Source: Phoronis australis
Taxonomy: Eukaryota; Animalia; Phoronida
Length of the DNA: 64,000 nt
Assembly: GCA_002633005.1 (NCBI GenBank)
Contig: NMRA01000855.1
Location: 5,129 to 69,128, forward strand
Direction of reading: 5' to 3'
The notes beneath the pieces were generated by a model. That model searched no databases. It worked only from the letters and a program-made list of their open reading frames with translations, and had not been told where the DNA came from. Below are positions 52,042-64,000 of the stretch, piece after piece. A program made the translations under genes and the position numbers. Each line of letters begins with the position of its first letter. The stretch's first letter is position 1.

Positions 52042-54483
52042 GAATGCGCAGACAAATAAGCGAACCTTGCACTCAGAGAGAGGGAATCTGGCTATGGTTT
52101 GCTTCTATGGGTATTGGCAACTGACCAACGAAGATTTTGATAGCAAGGGCACCAGGTATTCATCCGGTATAAACCAAGCTGTTTGTCAAATTATTTACAG
52201 ACATGTTAGATATCTGTAAATACTCATTTACATCTGCAACTACTTATTTACAGACATGTTATATCTGTAAAGTTCTCAAACAGACTATCTAGGCACCCCG
52301 TCAAAACACTGGCACCATAATCAGCCAATAAAAGCACACATTTTGAACACACCCCAACTCAGTAGATCAGTAAGATGTCTTTAAAGTAGGAATAAAACAT
52401 CTGTTATTGCAGGTGATACAGGTACACCAGTCCACTGCAGCGTTTGAACTAGACAGTGCAACTCTCACCATCCCACATGCAGTAAAAATTCCTGAATTTG
52501 GGACAAAAATTTGCTAAAACCAACATTATTCTATTTCCAGAGGCTTACTTCGCGATTGGTGTAAATGCTCAAACTTTCACCAAAAATCATTTGGTGACAG
52601 CTTTAAAGTGAAAACCATGCCGACGATGTCAAAGTAAAAATTCTGTATAAGTACTGTTTATTGAGCACTTTAAAGATGTATTTGTATGCCGCTATGCTAA
52701 TGTATAGCAGAACTAAATTACAATGCTATTTTAACATAGTCTATGCTAAACAAAGAGCAGCTGTATTCATTGACAACTTGTAAATGCGAAACCATAAAAT
52801 TCTACAAATAGGTGACCTTGGCACTAATGACGGACCTTGGGGGTTCATGTAATCCGCTTTATGCAGTGTTATTCCCCAGCACCACGTCAGGATACCTTCT
52901 GGACACTGTTCAGTGATTTGCGAAAAATAATTTTCGCCACAAAACTCGTTCCAAAAACATTTGGCAACCTAGTACTTCATATTCTTATAGTCTATATATG
53001 TTGTGTTTTTACCGAATTTGGCCAAGCGATCACACAGATAAAGAATTAGCCTGCAAGTTTCACTTATAATAAAATGAAGTTTCGCATGTCGCAAACTAGA
53101 GGTTTTACTATAATCCTATTATATCAAAGCCAATTGTGTCAAAATATAAAGTTTCTTCTTTCAAAGCAAGGTCCTCATCGCAGTCTTATTTGTTTGTATT
53201 GTAAGTGAGGTCAGCCAGATTACAATGGCAACTGTAACTTAAACCAAGACGAGTAACTTGACAGGCCTAGCACCTTTTAAAATGTATATCATAACTACCA
53301 TCAGACAAAGTAATTGGAAAATGTAACCAATCAGAATAACAGCCTAGTGGTACATGGGCATGTTTTGGCCCATGCACCTGAATCCAAAATAATGCATTTT
53401 TGAAGCCCCTCGCATAATGGGGATTCACTTGGAGTTAGGAGCAACTATCCCCTGCATATATGGATATCTTAAACTGGCTGTCATTTGTGTTTTCTGTCCC
53501 TTCTCGTAACTTTTTATTCAGTTCTTAAGAAAAAAAAGTGAATAAATGTCCACCATTGTGCAAGAGATCAGTCAAGTTTCACTCATAAAAAATATTCTCC
53601 TTAGTTTTACCCAGATACATAGTTGTATGCACGTGATTCTGGAAATAGGCACAACTTAATGTATAAGACAAAATATGGAAAAAGATCAATTTCAGCACTA
53701 ATTTTTGTCTGTGGAAAGATTTTACATGGCTTGGGTTAAATTGCTGACTTTCTAGCAATTGACCCTCTACACGCCATCCCAAAATGTACAAAGTTAGAGG
53801 TGATATCTTGCCACTTTGTGTATTCTGTTCAGCCAATGCTTTGATCAGTATTTCATATCACTACATTTGGCAGTTTGGTACACACAGACAGTGAGTTGTA
53901 ATGTTCTGTCAAGAAAATTCAACCGATTGGATAAATATTTGTAAATGTGTGACATATGGCAACACCGTTTGCTATTTAACTCTTTAAAATTGCCCGACAT
54001 TCAAAAAGCACAAAGCAAAGTGATTTTTATAAACTTTACTGAATTAAAATTCTTCCATGAAAGAAGAGAAATCAATTTGAGGACTTTTCAAAACTGTCCT
54101 TAGCTGCTCTATTATACAGTGTGATTGCTACCAAAGGCTTTTTGCAACAGTTTTAGAACTGTGATAATGATGGTTATACAAGTTACAGATAACCAAACCT
54201 TTTGGGTAACCTCTACTCACTGATTATTCAAAGTTAACCCTATTTCAAGTTAACAGATATTTTTATTTTACTTCAGGAATTAACAGATTTTTTCAAAAAC
54301 AAAAAGATAATAGAAACAACATACCTAAACACACATCTAAACAATTTCCAAATGAAAGGCTTGTGAACACACATTTTGAGTTTCAACTTTTATACTAAGA
54401 CAATGTCTCGTATTTTTTGTAATATAAATTTTGTTAGCATGTATCATGAAACAGGAGCTGCTGTAGAGTCAAACATGTATTTG

Positions 54484-54610
54484 GGTCTTTGTAGATTATT
54501 CCATTCTATGAACCATCAAATCTGGCTCACATAGGGGTCTTTGTAGATTATTCCATTCTGTGAACCATCAAATCTGGCTCATGTAGATTATCCCACTCTG
54601 TGCACCATCA
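54484..54610. repeat. Short tandem repeat, ~51-bp unit, ~2.5 copies
   Basis: TGTAGATTATTCCATTCT(A/G)TGAACCATCAAATCTGGCTCA repeated. Confidence 0.75.
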
Positions 54611-57600
54611 CGTCTAGCTTGTCATAATGCTTTGGATAAATAGCTTCCAACGATGATATAATTTTTATTCAATTTTCTCAAAAAGTAAATTATGCATTGC
54701 TTAACACATTTCAGACATATATCTCACAAAAATGTTACAAACCATTGAGATTTTGGTTTCTGATCTTTCTCTTCTGTCAAATATGTAATCTATCCTTACA
54801 TATTTCCTATTTGTAATTTATCTGTATCTTTACAATATTCATTTCAGAAAATAGTGAATAACTTGGATATCACATCAACCTAACGCGGTTGCAGATAAAA
54901 AAATCAGTGTTTTCACTTCAATGTTGTTAAATTTAATGTGTTTGTTATTTTAACAATGCACATTGTCAAATATTCATTTCATGTTCCATTATTTTTGATA
55001 ATGGGTGACTATGGTGCCTGCTTTTATGTTTAATTACAGTTTTAAATTTGTTGAATTCTTTATCTTTTAAAAATCAAATTGAGCACATTGAATTTGTTCA
55101 ATGAACATTTGCTGACACCCCACAGAGAGGCCGCTTCCTGGCAGACCACATGAGTACTTTGTACTGCAAATTTCTCAAAAACTACATTATCAAGCAAGTT
55201 CTACCATATCTCTCCAAAGAAATAATCTTTTACTTATTTCTTGAAGTCATCAAAATTTCACCTAATGATGTTTTGTACCCGCTGTTAAGTGAAAACTGTT
55301 CTAAAACAGAAAGTTTCTAAATCTTTATTCAGCAGAACAGCACCTTTGACAACAAACTGTGTGCTCAATGCTAAATTGGTCAAATATTACTGCAAGAGCT
55401 CCAATGATGCCACAGAGGGTCACACTGCCCTATAATTGAGTCATGAGGTAAGACAGCAGAACTTGACACAAAGATTGAGGTTTTACTGATTCATTGTGGA
55501 ATACTTCACTAAAGACTGTATATCTTAAGATCAACAACATGTCAGCTGTTACTAAACTTTGTTTGGATGGTGTTTTACAAAGAATAAGAAACAATTCTGA
55601 CTACTTCATAAGATTGACCAGTTGAGAGTCTGTCCTAACTCTACATGTCATGGCTCTGGTTTTTAGAACAACTGTAACATTTGTGTAGTTTTTCGACCAC
55701 ATCAATAATTTGACACCCATGTTTTTTAAAACAGTGCCACACTGCTATTATGTCACTTTACCCAGCAATAATGAATTCTTTTTATAATTTAAGAAATGTT
55801 AATTTGATCACAGCTGTACAGCATTGTGTTCAGAAATGAGTACAATTTTTATACCTATATTTCTAGTTTATTGTAAGACCTTATCAACAAGTCTGTCAAT
55901 TTATCTAAATATCTTCAAAAAGAACATTTTAACTCAGTAAAAGTATGCATATTTTGAAAATTAAAAGCCTGTAGACTTTGATTTTTGTCTTTATAGCAAT
56001 CTGCCATTAATTGTGTCATGTGACCATGTGTTTCAGTAAAATTAACCGAAAAAGAAACTTTAGGTAAGGAAAACAACGGTGTTAAGAACATGGGAAAATT
56101 CTGTTTGATATAAATGTTCAAAATAAAATCACAAAAACGCTGGTTCCGTTTTAAATTATTACTTTTTTAGTTTGAAGAAAATTTCGATTTTTTCACATAA
56201 CATATTAGTCTTATTTTTATAGCCTCTCGTGCAAAAGTGGAATATTTTAAAAACAATTCGTAATAGCGTTTGGAGAATAGTGCATAAAGCATAGTATGTG
56301 AGAAATTTAATGTGAATTTGATCATTCGTTTCCCAGATATGATTTCCATAACCTTAAGTAACTTGCCAACATAAAATTCCAGTTTTCTACCAGCATGCTA
56401 AACAAGCGAACAATTGACGGAGCTCAGTCTTGTCTAGGTAACTGTTCTAAAACTTTCACAGCAACTGACTAACATGGGACCCTTTCGACAGGCACAGGTC
56501 CCCAATTTCTGGCAGGAGTGATCCAGTGAAGACTGGAAATACAATAAATAGCTGCAGACCAAATATAGTTGTTGAGAGCACCCCTACTGGAGTACAGACA
56601 GCAGATTAATCTCATTAGTTACTATGTACTACCACATGGCGAGGTAATCAAATCCAAATTCCCAGAATATTTCTGTCACTGCCAACACACGTTTTTACTA
56701 CGCCATGGCCTCAGGCACGCCTAGTAAACAGACTTCAAGTTCACCAGAATCCACGGACTGGTATGGAATTTCCTGCATGTAAAAATCTCATAAAGTTTCT
56801 TCAATCAACAACACAATGCAGTGGAAGAGGAAAATATAAATTTTACTATTTTTATAAAAATTTCAACAAAAGTAAATATTAGGAAGAAACTTTCCTTCCA
56901 CTGGAGTTTATACACACATGATGATAATCTTAAGTTTTAACAGTGCAGTGAGCTTCTGAACAATGGCAAGACTAAAAGTGACTACAGCTAAAGGCCAATA
57001 TCTCACATACCTAAAACTATAGCATTTTAACCTTTAGTGACAGAAATTCACTAAACATGCTATAAAATCCACCTTTTGGTCCAAGAAACATATTATAACT
57101 TAGACTATTTAATTGGCCGCAATCTGTTCCTTACACACAGATGAGAAGGGGTTTCTGGACTTGCCAAGACCTGCCAGTTCCTCATTTTTCTCGAACTACC
57201 TTCAAGGTGAAATCTCAAAAACGCTGATACAATCTTATAAAATATCATTTCATTTTCATTTTATGCAACATAAGATTTTTCATTAAAACCATCAAAGACC
57301 TATTTTGATGGTCCCTCATACAAAACTGGAACATTTTAAAAACAATTTCTATCACGTTTTGGAGAACAAGCATACAGCATAAAATCTGAAAGTTTCATGT
57401 GAATGCAATCAGCCATCTCTGAGATTCTGAGACACAATGTATTGAAGTTACGAAGTTCGCCAAATTTGTTTGTCAACTAATTTATACTTGGTGAAGATTG
57501 TCCATGAGGTTTCGTGTATTTTGAGAACCATTTTTTTCCAGTGAATATAATGGGCATCAAGTTTTTTCTCAAATCCAGGACACCGGTAAATGACTGTTAT

Positions 57601-58769
57601 CACATTACGCGTAGTAATTAGCTTCTCATTGAATCAAAACAACAAGACCGGCAACATAGAAATTGTGGCTACCAACATTCAGATGTAGTATCTGCATCAG
57701 CCTACATCACATCCACTGTTTGTAAATATGAGGGTATTAATCTCTTCAACTATCTTTTATTTTTGTTTATTTGTAGACATTTATTGTTGTTATTTATTAT
57801 AGTGATGTAAGGATGCTAGCGAATAACAAGTACGTAACATCAAATACAGAATATTCACCATACAGCCCAGTCTCAGTGGGCTTACTCAGTCACCTTATAA
57901 CAAAACCATACCCATAACATAATATAATGCACACACTCAAGGTAAATCTGACAACTATAGATTAGTTTACAAACAAATAATTACTTCTAAACTGCAAAGC
58001 ATCTTGCATGAACTTTTAATACACCTGGATTGCTCATTTTAAAATTAATTTTCCAGAAAAACAAGCGGAAAATAGCCCAAACACAATGTTGAAAACATTT
58101 TGACAACACCAGACATTTTGGCTTGAGTCCATGCTGACAATCATGAACATGTTGTTGGCCGGCATGAGAAACAAGTTCCCGCCAAATGAAATAGGATTGC
58201 CCATCTCAGCAGGTGATTTGCGAACTCATAATTGATCCTGTCTGCTTAAACTGGCGCTTAAAACTGGCGATAAACAGTTGGGTAAGTTCTTGTTATGGGA
58301 TTTACAGAGGCATCCAGACACTTTCACAAATGTCAAGATGAGTTTACAAACATTAAGTAATGTTTGCAAATGCCTACAAACCGTTGACCTCTGATTACAC
58401 TTGTAAAAAATTCAGGCTTGGTGCAGGGGGAAGTTTAACAGATTCATGAAATAATCCACAAAACTGAACTTAGGGATAATAACTGTTCGGTGGGTTGCAT
58501 TTTGCACTGGTGTTTTGCATTAAAGCAGACACGTTGCAAAAAATAAAAGCACACCATGTGAATGACCCTGTGGGAAATTGCTCAGTCTATCAAAATATTT
58601 ACATGCACTGACGTCTGACCTCTTGTGGTGACCAGCGTAAAAGTTGTAATTGGTTCTACAAAGGGCTCTAACCCAAGGGCTCTTGGAGAAGGAGATCCAG
58701 TTCAAACTAGTTTCAGCCGGATTGGCACCAGCAAGCAACTGGATTGCACCAGTGATGCAATTCCACATC

Positions 58770-58776
58770 TATAAAT
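58770..58776 (+). promoter_or_regulatory. TATA box of precursor C
   Basis: TATAAAT lies 134 nt upstream of the ATG, and no other ATG occurs from ~58800 to the start codon. A CRE-like TGACGTCT sits at 58609-58616. Confidence 0.55.
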
Positions 58777-58903
58777 ATGAGGCTTGATACAGAAAAGAGC
58801 ATTATTTCCACAGGAGCTCATCAAGGAAAGACAAACTCAACACTTTGACAGTGATCAAAGAGACTGCACTAGCAGACACCATCAGAGCTATAACAACAGC
58901 AAG

Positions 58904-58967
58904 ATGAAGGCAACAATTGTGGTTCTACTGTTGGTGGTGCTCATTGTGTCCACAAGCTGCAGATCAA
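58904..58967 (+). CDS. Cysteine-rich secreted peptide precursor C, exon 1 (signal peptide)
   Basis: ATG in good context (AAGATGA). Encodes MKATIVVLLLVVLIVSTSCRS. Consensus donor AA|GTAAGT at 58967/58968, phase 1. Confidence 0.85.
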
Positions 58968-59435
58968 GTAAGTACAAAATAAGAGTCAGAAAACTGAGAT
59001 GATAGTTGGTAACATGATGGTCAAGATTTATACATTCAGCAAATGACTTTGTCAGAACTTTCTGATTGTAACAAATTTTTCCAAGTTGTCTCCTTGTAGT
59101 AACGAAAAAAAATTGACTTGCACTTTTATGCTTGAAGAAAATTTGGATGAAAATTTGGTTTTCCATTGCCATAATATTTCATACTCCGTCTGGCTGCTTC
59201 TTAGCATTTGCTGCTCCTTGACCCAGGGAAACAATGTCAAACTGCGCAAGAGTCGCCAGAAGTTGGACAATGATGTCACGATAAGCAAATCTTAGAGCTC
59301 AAAATTTTCTTTCGCTTTTCTAAAGCTTCCCCATACTGCATCAATTAAACATACAGAGATTTCCAATGATATCTGTCTAATACTTTCGTGTATCCATAAA
59401 CTGACCTACAAGTTGTTCATTGTTTCTCTTTGTAG

Positions 59436-59599
59436 TAACGTGGCTAGATGACGATAGCGATAGGTTGGAACGACCACACGTCGTGGTGCGGTCCAGAAGG
59501 TTTTCCGGCAACCACAGCCCAGCCAGGCTAATGTGCTGCGCACTACAGGGTGGCGCATGTTGTGAAAATTTGTATAAGAGAAGACCCCAGGAATCATAG
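59436..59599 (+). CDS. Cysteine-rich secreted peptide precursor C, exon 2 (pro-region and CC-x6-CC mature peptide)
   Basis: Branch-point-like CTGAC at 59401 and acceptor TTTCTCTTTGTAG ending at 59435. The phase-1 join reads ITWLDDDSDRLERPHVVV-RSRR-FSGNHSPARLMCCALQGGACCENLY-KRR-PQES*. The exon is locally GC-richer. Total length 75 aa. Missed by the ORF track. Confidence 0.82.
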
Positions 59600-60212
59600 A
59601 GGTAAAATACACATGTGATGATTTCAATATGATAGTGTATAAAGAGAGGCAATTAAATACCTGCACCTAACCACAAGCGCGTTCCAAAAGCTTATAATTT
59701 TTTTGCATCATTAAATCCATTTTAGCAATGTCAGAACAGTTGTAGAGGAAATACTTTTTAAAGGTATAATTCAGGGCTCGTAATGGCCAATGACAAAAAA
59801 GAGGAACATTTTCCAGCCGATCTATCATTCCACAAATAAGTAGACTTGTGCAGGGAAATGTCTTTTGTAAAATTTAAGTGAAATAAAGGTTGCAATCAAT
59901 AGTCAAAATAATGACAAAAGAGACAAAAAAGAGGATACTGGAAATCAAATTAGTGGAAATCGAAACCAATAAAGAGAAAATCCCCACAAAAGATAAATTT
60001 CAAGCCCAATAATTGTTGAATAAGCAAGCTTGTAAATAGTGACCTGAATTTTACATTAAAATTACAATGAAAAATACTGCGAAGTATGGGATTACAATTG
60101 ATAATTATTATATTTCTCTTCCGACTCCAATTCATGACAATGGAAGTTGTTATGGCAAAAACAGAGTGGCACATAGAACACTACAACTGGAGGAGATTTA
60201 TATTTTAATGGT

Positions 60213-60452
60213 CAGGGCTTGGAATAACCAATGACAAAAAAGAGGAACATTTTCCAGATGATGTATTGCACTACAAATCAATAAAAACGTTCTTGTGTTT
60301 TAAAATTTAACTGCCAGAAACAATTTTGGCATGAATTGAGTCAAAATAATGATAGAAAAGAGACGAAAAAAGAGGAAACAGGAAATCAAATAAGTGGAAA
60401 TCGAAACCATAAAAGAGGATATCCTCTTAAAACAGGAAAATTCCAAACCCTG
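60213..60452. mobile_element. ~240-bp hAT-like MITE, best-preserved copy (degenerate neighbour at ~59772-60007)
   Basis: CAGGGCTTGGAAT...ATTCCAAACCCTG termini. Confidence 0.65.
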
Positions 60453-63400
60453 AAAGATCCTTTTTCCTTGGTTTTCGCCAATGTAGAACACAGACTGAGT
60501 TTCATCACAGATATTTGTTAGAAGACCAATGTTATAATTTCACTTGGTAAACTATAACATTGAACATGTCTAAATTTTTAGCAACATTTTCATTGTCCGA
60601 GTTTATAAAAAGTGGAGGCTTGTGTCATTCATCTGACCAGACATAACATTTCATGGTGCATGATCAGAAAATGAAAATATAAAATTAGAAAATTTTAAAA
60701 TTTTAAAACTTTGATGTCAAAAAGAAAGATTACTATTTGAGAGTATGATTTGGCTTCATAGGTTTGCATTATAACTGATTCTATGAGCGATAATCATTTT
60801 TCAGTAAAAAAAATTAAGCGTAAAGGACTTTTTCATAATACTCTGACATGATCAATAACTTTTCATTTATTTGCAAAAACACTTGACTCCTTTCAATTCA
60901 TAAATGAAATCGTGTTGCCTTGACAATAGAGAATAACAGACAATTTCCGCTCTTTTCAGACTGACCATTCCACAAGTAACAAAAGCGCATTGTACAAAGC
61001 AAGACTACCGTGCTTCTGTGTGTGACGGCATCGGCGAGGAAGGACATTCGCATGGGAGCATGGCAGATTTGGAAACACCTTTTATACTGCTTTATTTATT
61101 GAACTATTTATTTCACCAGTTGCTATGCATCCTGTGACTGTGTCCTGAGTTCAGGACAGGACGTAAATCCGTCCAAATGTAAACTAATTGTCTGTAAAGC
61201 ACAAGTTAGTTTTTATAAGCGTGGACTATTGTTCAACACTCGACTGATTGAACAAGATTCTGTCACAATTTGGTTCATATTGAACCCAGAGATGTGTACT
61301 CACAAGTCAGAGTCTGTCTGCTTTCCTTTGCTGACAAAGAAGCAGCCGAAACCATTCTCTTGTGTAACCTTAGACCAAGTCTTTTTGTCTGTAAATAATA
61401 AATTATTTTTACAGCATCTCTCTCTCTGTAATATGCAAAAACAACTTCATTATTGGGGTTTACATGCCGAGTTTGACACACTATTTCATCAAATGTGTTT
61501 AGTTAATTCTAGACTACAGTACCAATTCTACACCTACTCACATACAATCTGTAAAAGACTTTTTGTCTGTTGTCTATGTGCACATCTTATTTCTGAAACT
61601 TTTGTTTGTCATCCTTTGACGGAAACCAATTTTAGTATTAAATTGTTCAAGTGCAACAACATAACTAACTGCGGCAGGTCTGGCTCCAGGATTGGACTTG
61701 AAATTTAAACAATTCAAGTACAAAGTTAAAAGACAGCGGCTCTTTAAAAAATTCTACTTCACCAAACACAAAATAATATTTGTGCGTCACCTTGTATTAT
61801 ATGATGTTACTAATGCCCTTGAAAACTAATGCTTCCACGAACAAGGGAATCAACTAAGCAAGATATATAGCAGAGCCAGTCAGAGAACATTTGAACATCT
61901 TTATGTTTTGACTACACAACAGGTAGTAATAAACCACTTGAGGATTTGCAATCTTAGCTGAAAAGTGGGGCGATATTTCGATGCAACCAGCATGAGGTCT
62001 TACAAACATCAGATGAAATCCCATTGTACAATAACAGGTGAGCAACATGAAACCAAAGGAAGGGGAACAAGAATTCACCTTGGTTTCTTTGTCAAACAGG
62101 TCCAAGTGCCAAGGTAAATTGGAATACATGGTAAAAATATAGGCAACAAGGTGAGGTTTTACATGTCGCCAACAAAAGAAAAAAATAGACACTAGACACA
62201 CATTAAATTGAACAAAGCATTTTTCATACATCAAACACCCGGGATAACATGAAAAAACCTTTGCTTGAAGCAGTTTAGAGTAACTAGCAAATGACATGCA
62301 TGGAATCTTGTGTATTCACATGCAGCTGGTTAAAAAGGTTACACTGCCATTCAACAATGGGACAATCAGGACATGATGGCCTCCATTTCTGCAAATGATA
62401 GAACTAGGTGAATATAATTGATGACAAACAAAATCAACCATTTGAAAATCAACCACCATAGTATAAGAATTACATTCAGTGACATTCAACACCAGCAAGA
62501 CCTAGGTAACTGGAAAACCTTTCAAGGACAACAAACTCAAGCACACGGCTTCAACAACAACTTTAATTGCTTAACTAACAATAAAAACGGTTGTGCATCT
62601 GGTTCCACTTAGCAAACATTACAAAACATTCAAGGAAGGAGAGAAACATGCCACAAATAACCCAACACCATCCCAGGATACGGCCACATTGAAAATAACA
62701 TCAACCAACAGCTGGTAGTGACCTCTTTTGGTTGGTAAGTGATGCAGTTTGGGATGGGAATGCATGTTTCTATTCATGAATGGAAAAAACAGCAATACTG
62801 TGGAAACACAAGTTGAAATTGTTTCTAAGGAACATTGCCTCACACAATATGACAGCTATGCATGGACATGACATAATGACACGGTTGTAATACACAAGTC
62901 CATAGTTTCATCCACAATCTTGATTACTTTACTGGTGTGCATTTCTCATGTAAGAGTATGGCAGAGTAACACCTGTTAGAACTAATATTTCAGAAGTCGT
63001 GACAAGTGGGCGGAAGCCAAATTCATCCATACAGAAGCTTACCCTCATGCCCAAAAATGAAGGGTAATTAACCAGAAAGTTGGTAAGGAGGCTAAATCAT
63101 TCAACAAGAATTTTGCTGCCATAATTACCAATCATTTTTGTTGTTAACAGAACTTAAGCCTTCATGACGGGCAACCATATTTTGTCCGATTACTTTTGCA
63201 GTGTACAATATTTACGTCATCACATAAGAACTTTTGAGTCAAACGCTGATGATGTCACAGAAGATAATAAAGACCACAACAGTGACATCCACCACACCTA
63301 GGCTCCTTACCTGACAGTTTTGGGGGCCAGAACGTGGATATTTCATCACACAGTTTCCCTTCGTGAGCCATGGCTTCAATACTGGGGAGATCAAACTGAA

Positions 63401-64000
63401 ACACAAAAAGAGACCACCAGGTAAGGTTAGGTAACACCCTAGAACTAGCTTCGCTGGGAACATCACATCTCAGGGGACCTTTGCACTAATGACATACCTT
63501 GGGGGCTCAAGTAGCCAGCATCATGCAGTGTTATTCCCCAACACCTCAAAACTTGTTCTTAAAAACATTTGGCGATTTTCAACGTACTTCATATTCACAT
63601 GGTAGCTATATATAAAAGACGTCGAGACATATGGTGAGGCATTGCAAACGAAGCACACGATCACACTATCTTCTTTAGCGAGATTCTTGCATCTGTGATG
63701 CTTATCAGAGAGCAACAGACAATTTGTAAGGGTAGTGAAACGTGGTTACGTGGATGTACATTAGTTTTTGATATGTGTTATAGCACACCAGCACTTACAC
63801 AACATAGGACAGGGATGCAATGTCTCTATAACAATTGCGTGTGCGCCGTGCCCCTTTCTGAGTGCTGGGCCTTGCACTATGTTTGATTTTTAACCAGCTT
63901 TACTTTGGCTCCGTCTCATTCGGCTGCTGCTGTTCACTATCTACACTACTTTGAACGCGCGATATCCTACGGACAGACTTAGCTGTGGCCTATTGTGTAT

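Noticed and set aside
59533-59565. Insulin/relaxin A-chain or orexin identity for peptide C
   Set aside because: Cys spacing is CC-x6-CC, not CC-x3-C-x8-C or CC-x4-CxC. There is no B-chain and no amidation Gly.
61229-63466. Several 60-160 aa ORFs; possible decayed LINE endonuclease region on the minus strand
   Set aside because: Only faint motif echoes. No ORF has coherent homology or splice signals that I can support.

Overview
AT-rich, intron-containing, repeat-dense DNA from an animal genome. The repeat types and composition suggest a marine invertebrate, possibly an ambulacrarian or hemichordate, but this is inference only. There is one 96-N gap and two single Ns. Most ORFs in the supplied track are noise. 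Manual splicing at GT/AG sites reconstructs three + strand genes, all encoding secreted peptide precursors. (A) 2153-3681, 209 aa, 2 coding exons. (B) 35574-44976, 238 aa, 3 coding exons. A and B are diverged paralogues: they share repeated R-N[FW]G-x-x-G motifs (predicted NWGKY-amide, NFGTF-amide, NFGPA-amide) and a C-terminal R-x-M-I-x-E-E-[IL]-E-[RK] helix. (C) 58904-59599, 75 aa: signal peptide, acidic pro-region, RSRR site, then a 25-aa peptide with a CC-x6-CC framework followed by KRR. I do not recognise either peptide family. The rest is mostly non-autonomous DNA transposons: Tc2/pogo-like MITEs, piggyBac and Kolobok relics, and nested Helentron-type HINEs, one family of which carries tandem arrays of CTCF-like motifs. 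There is also a tRNA-derived foldback, a LINE 3' relic and a probable haplotype-duplication artefact.
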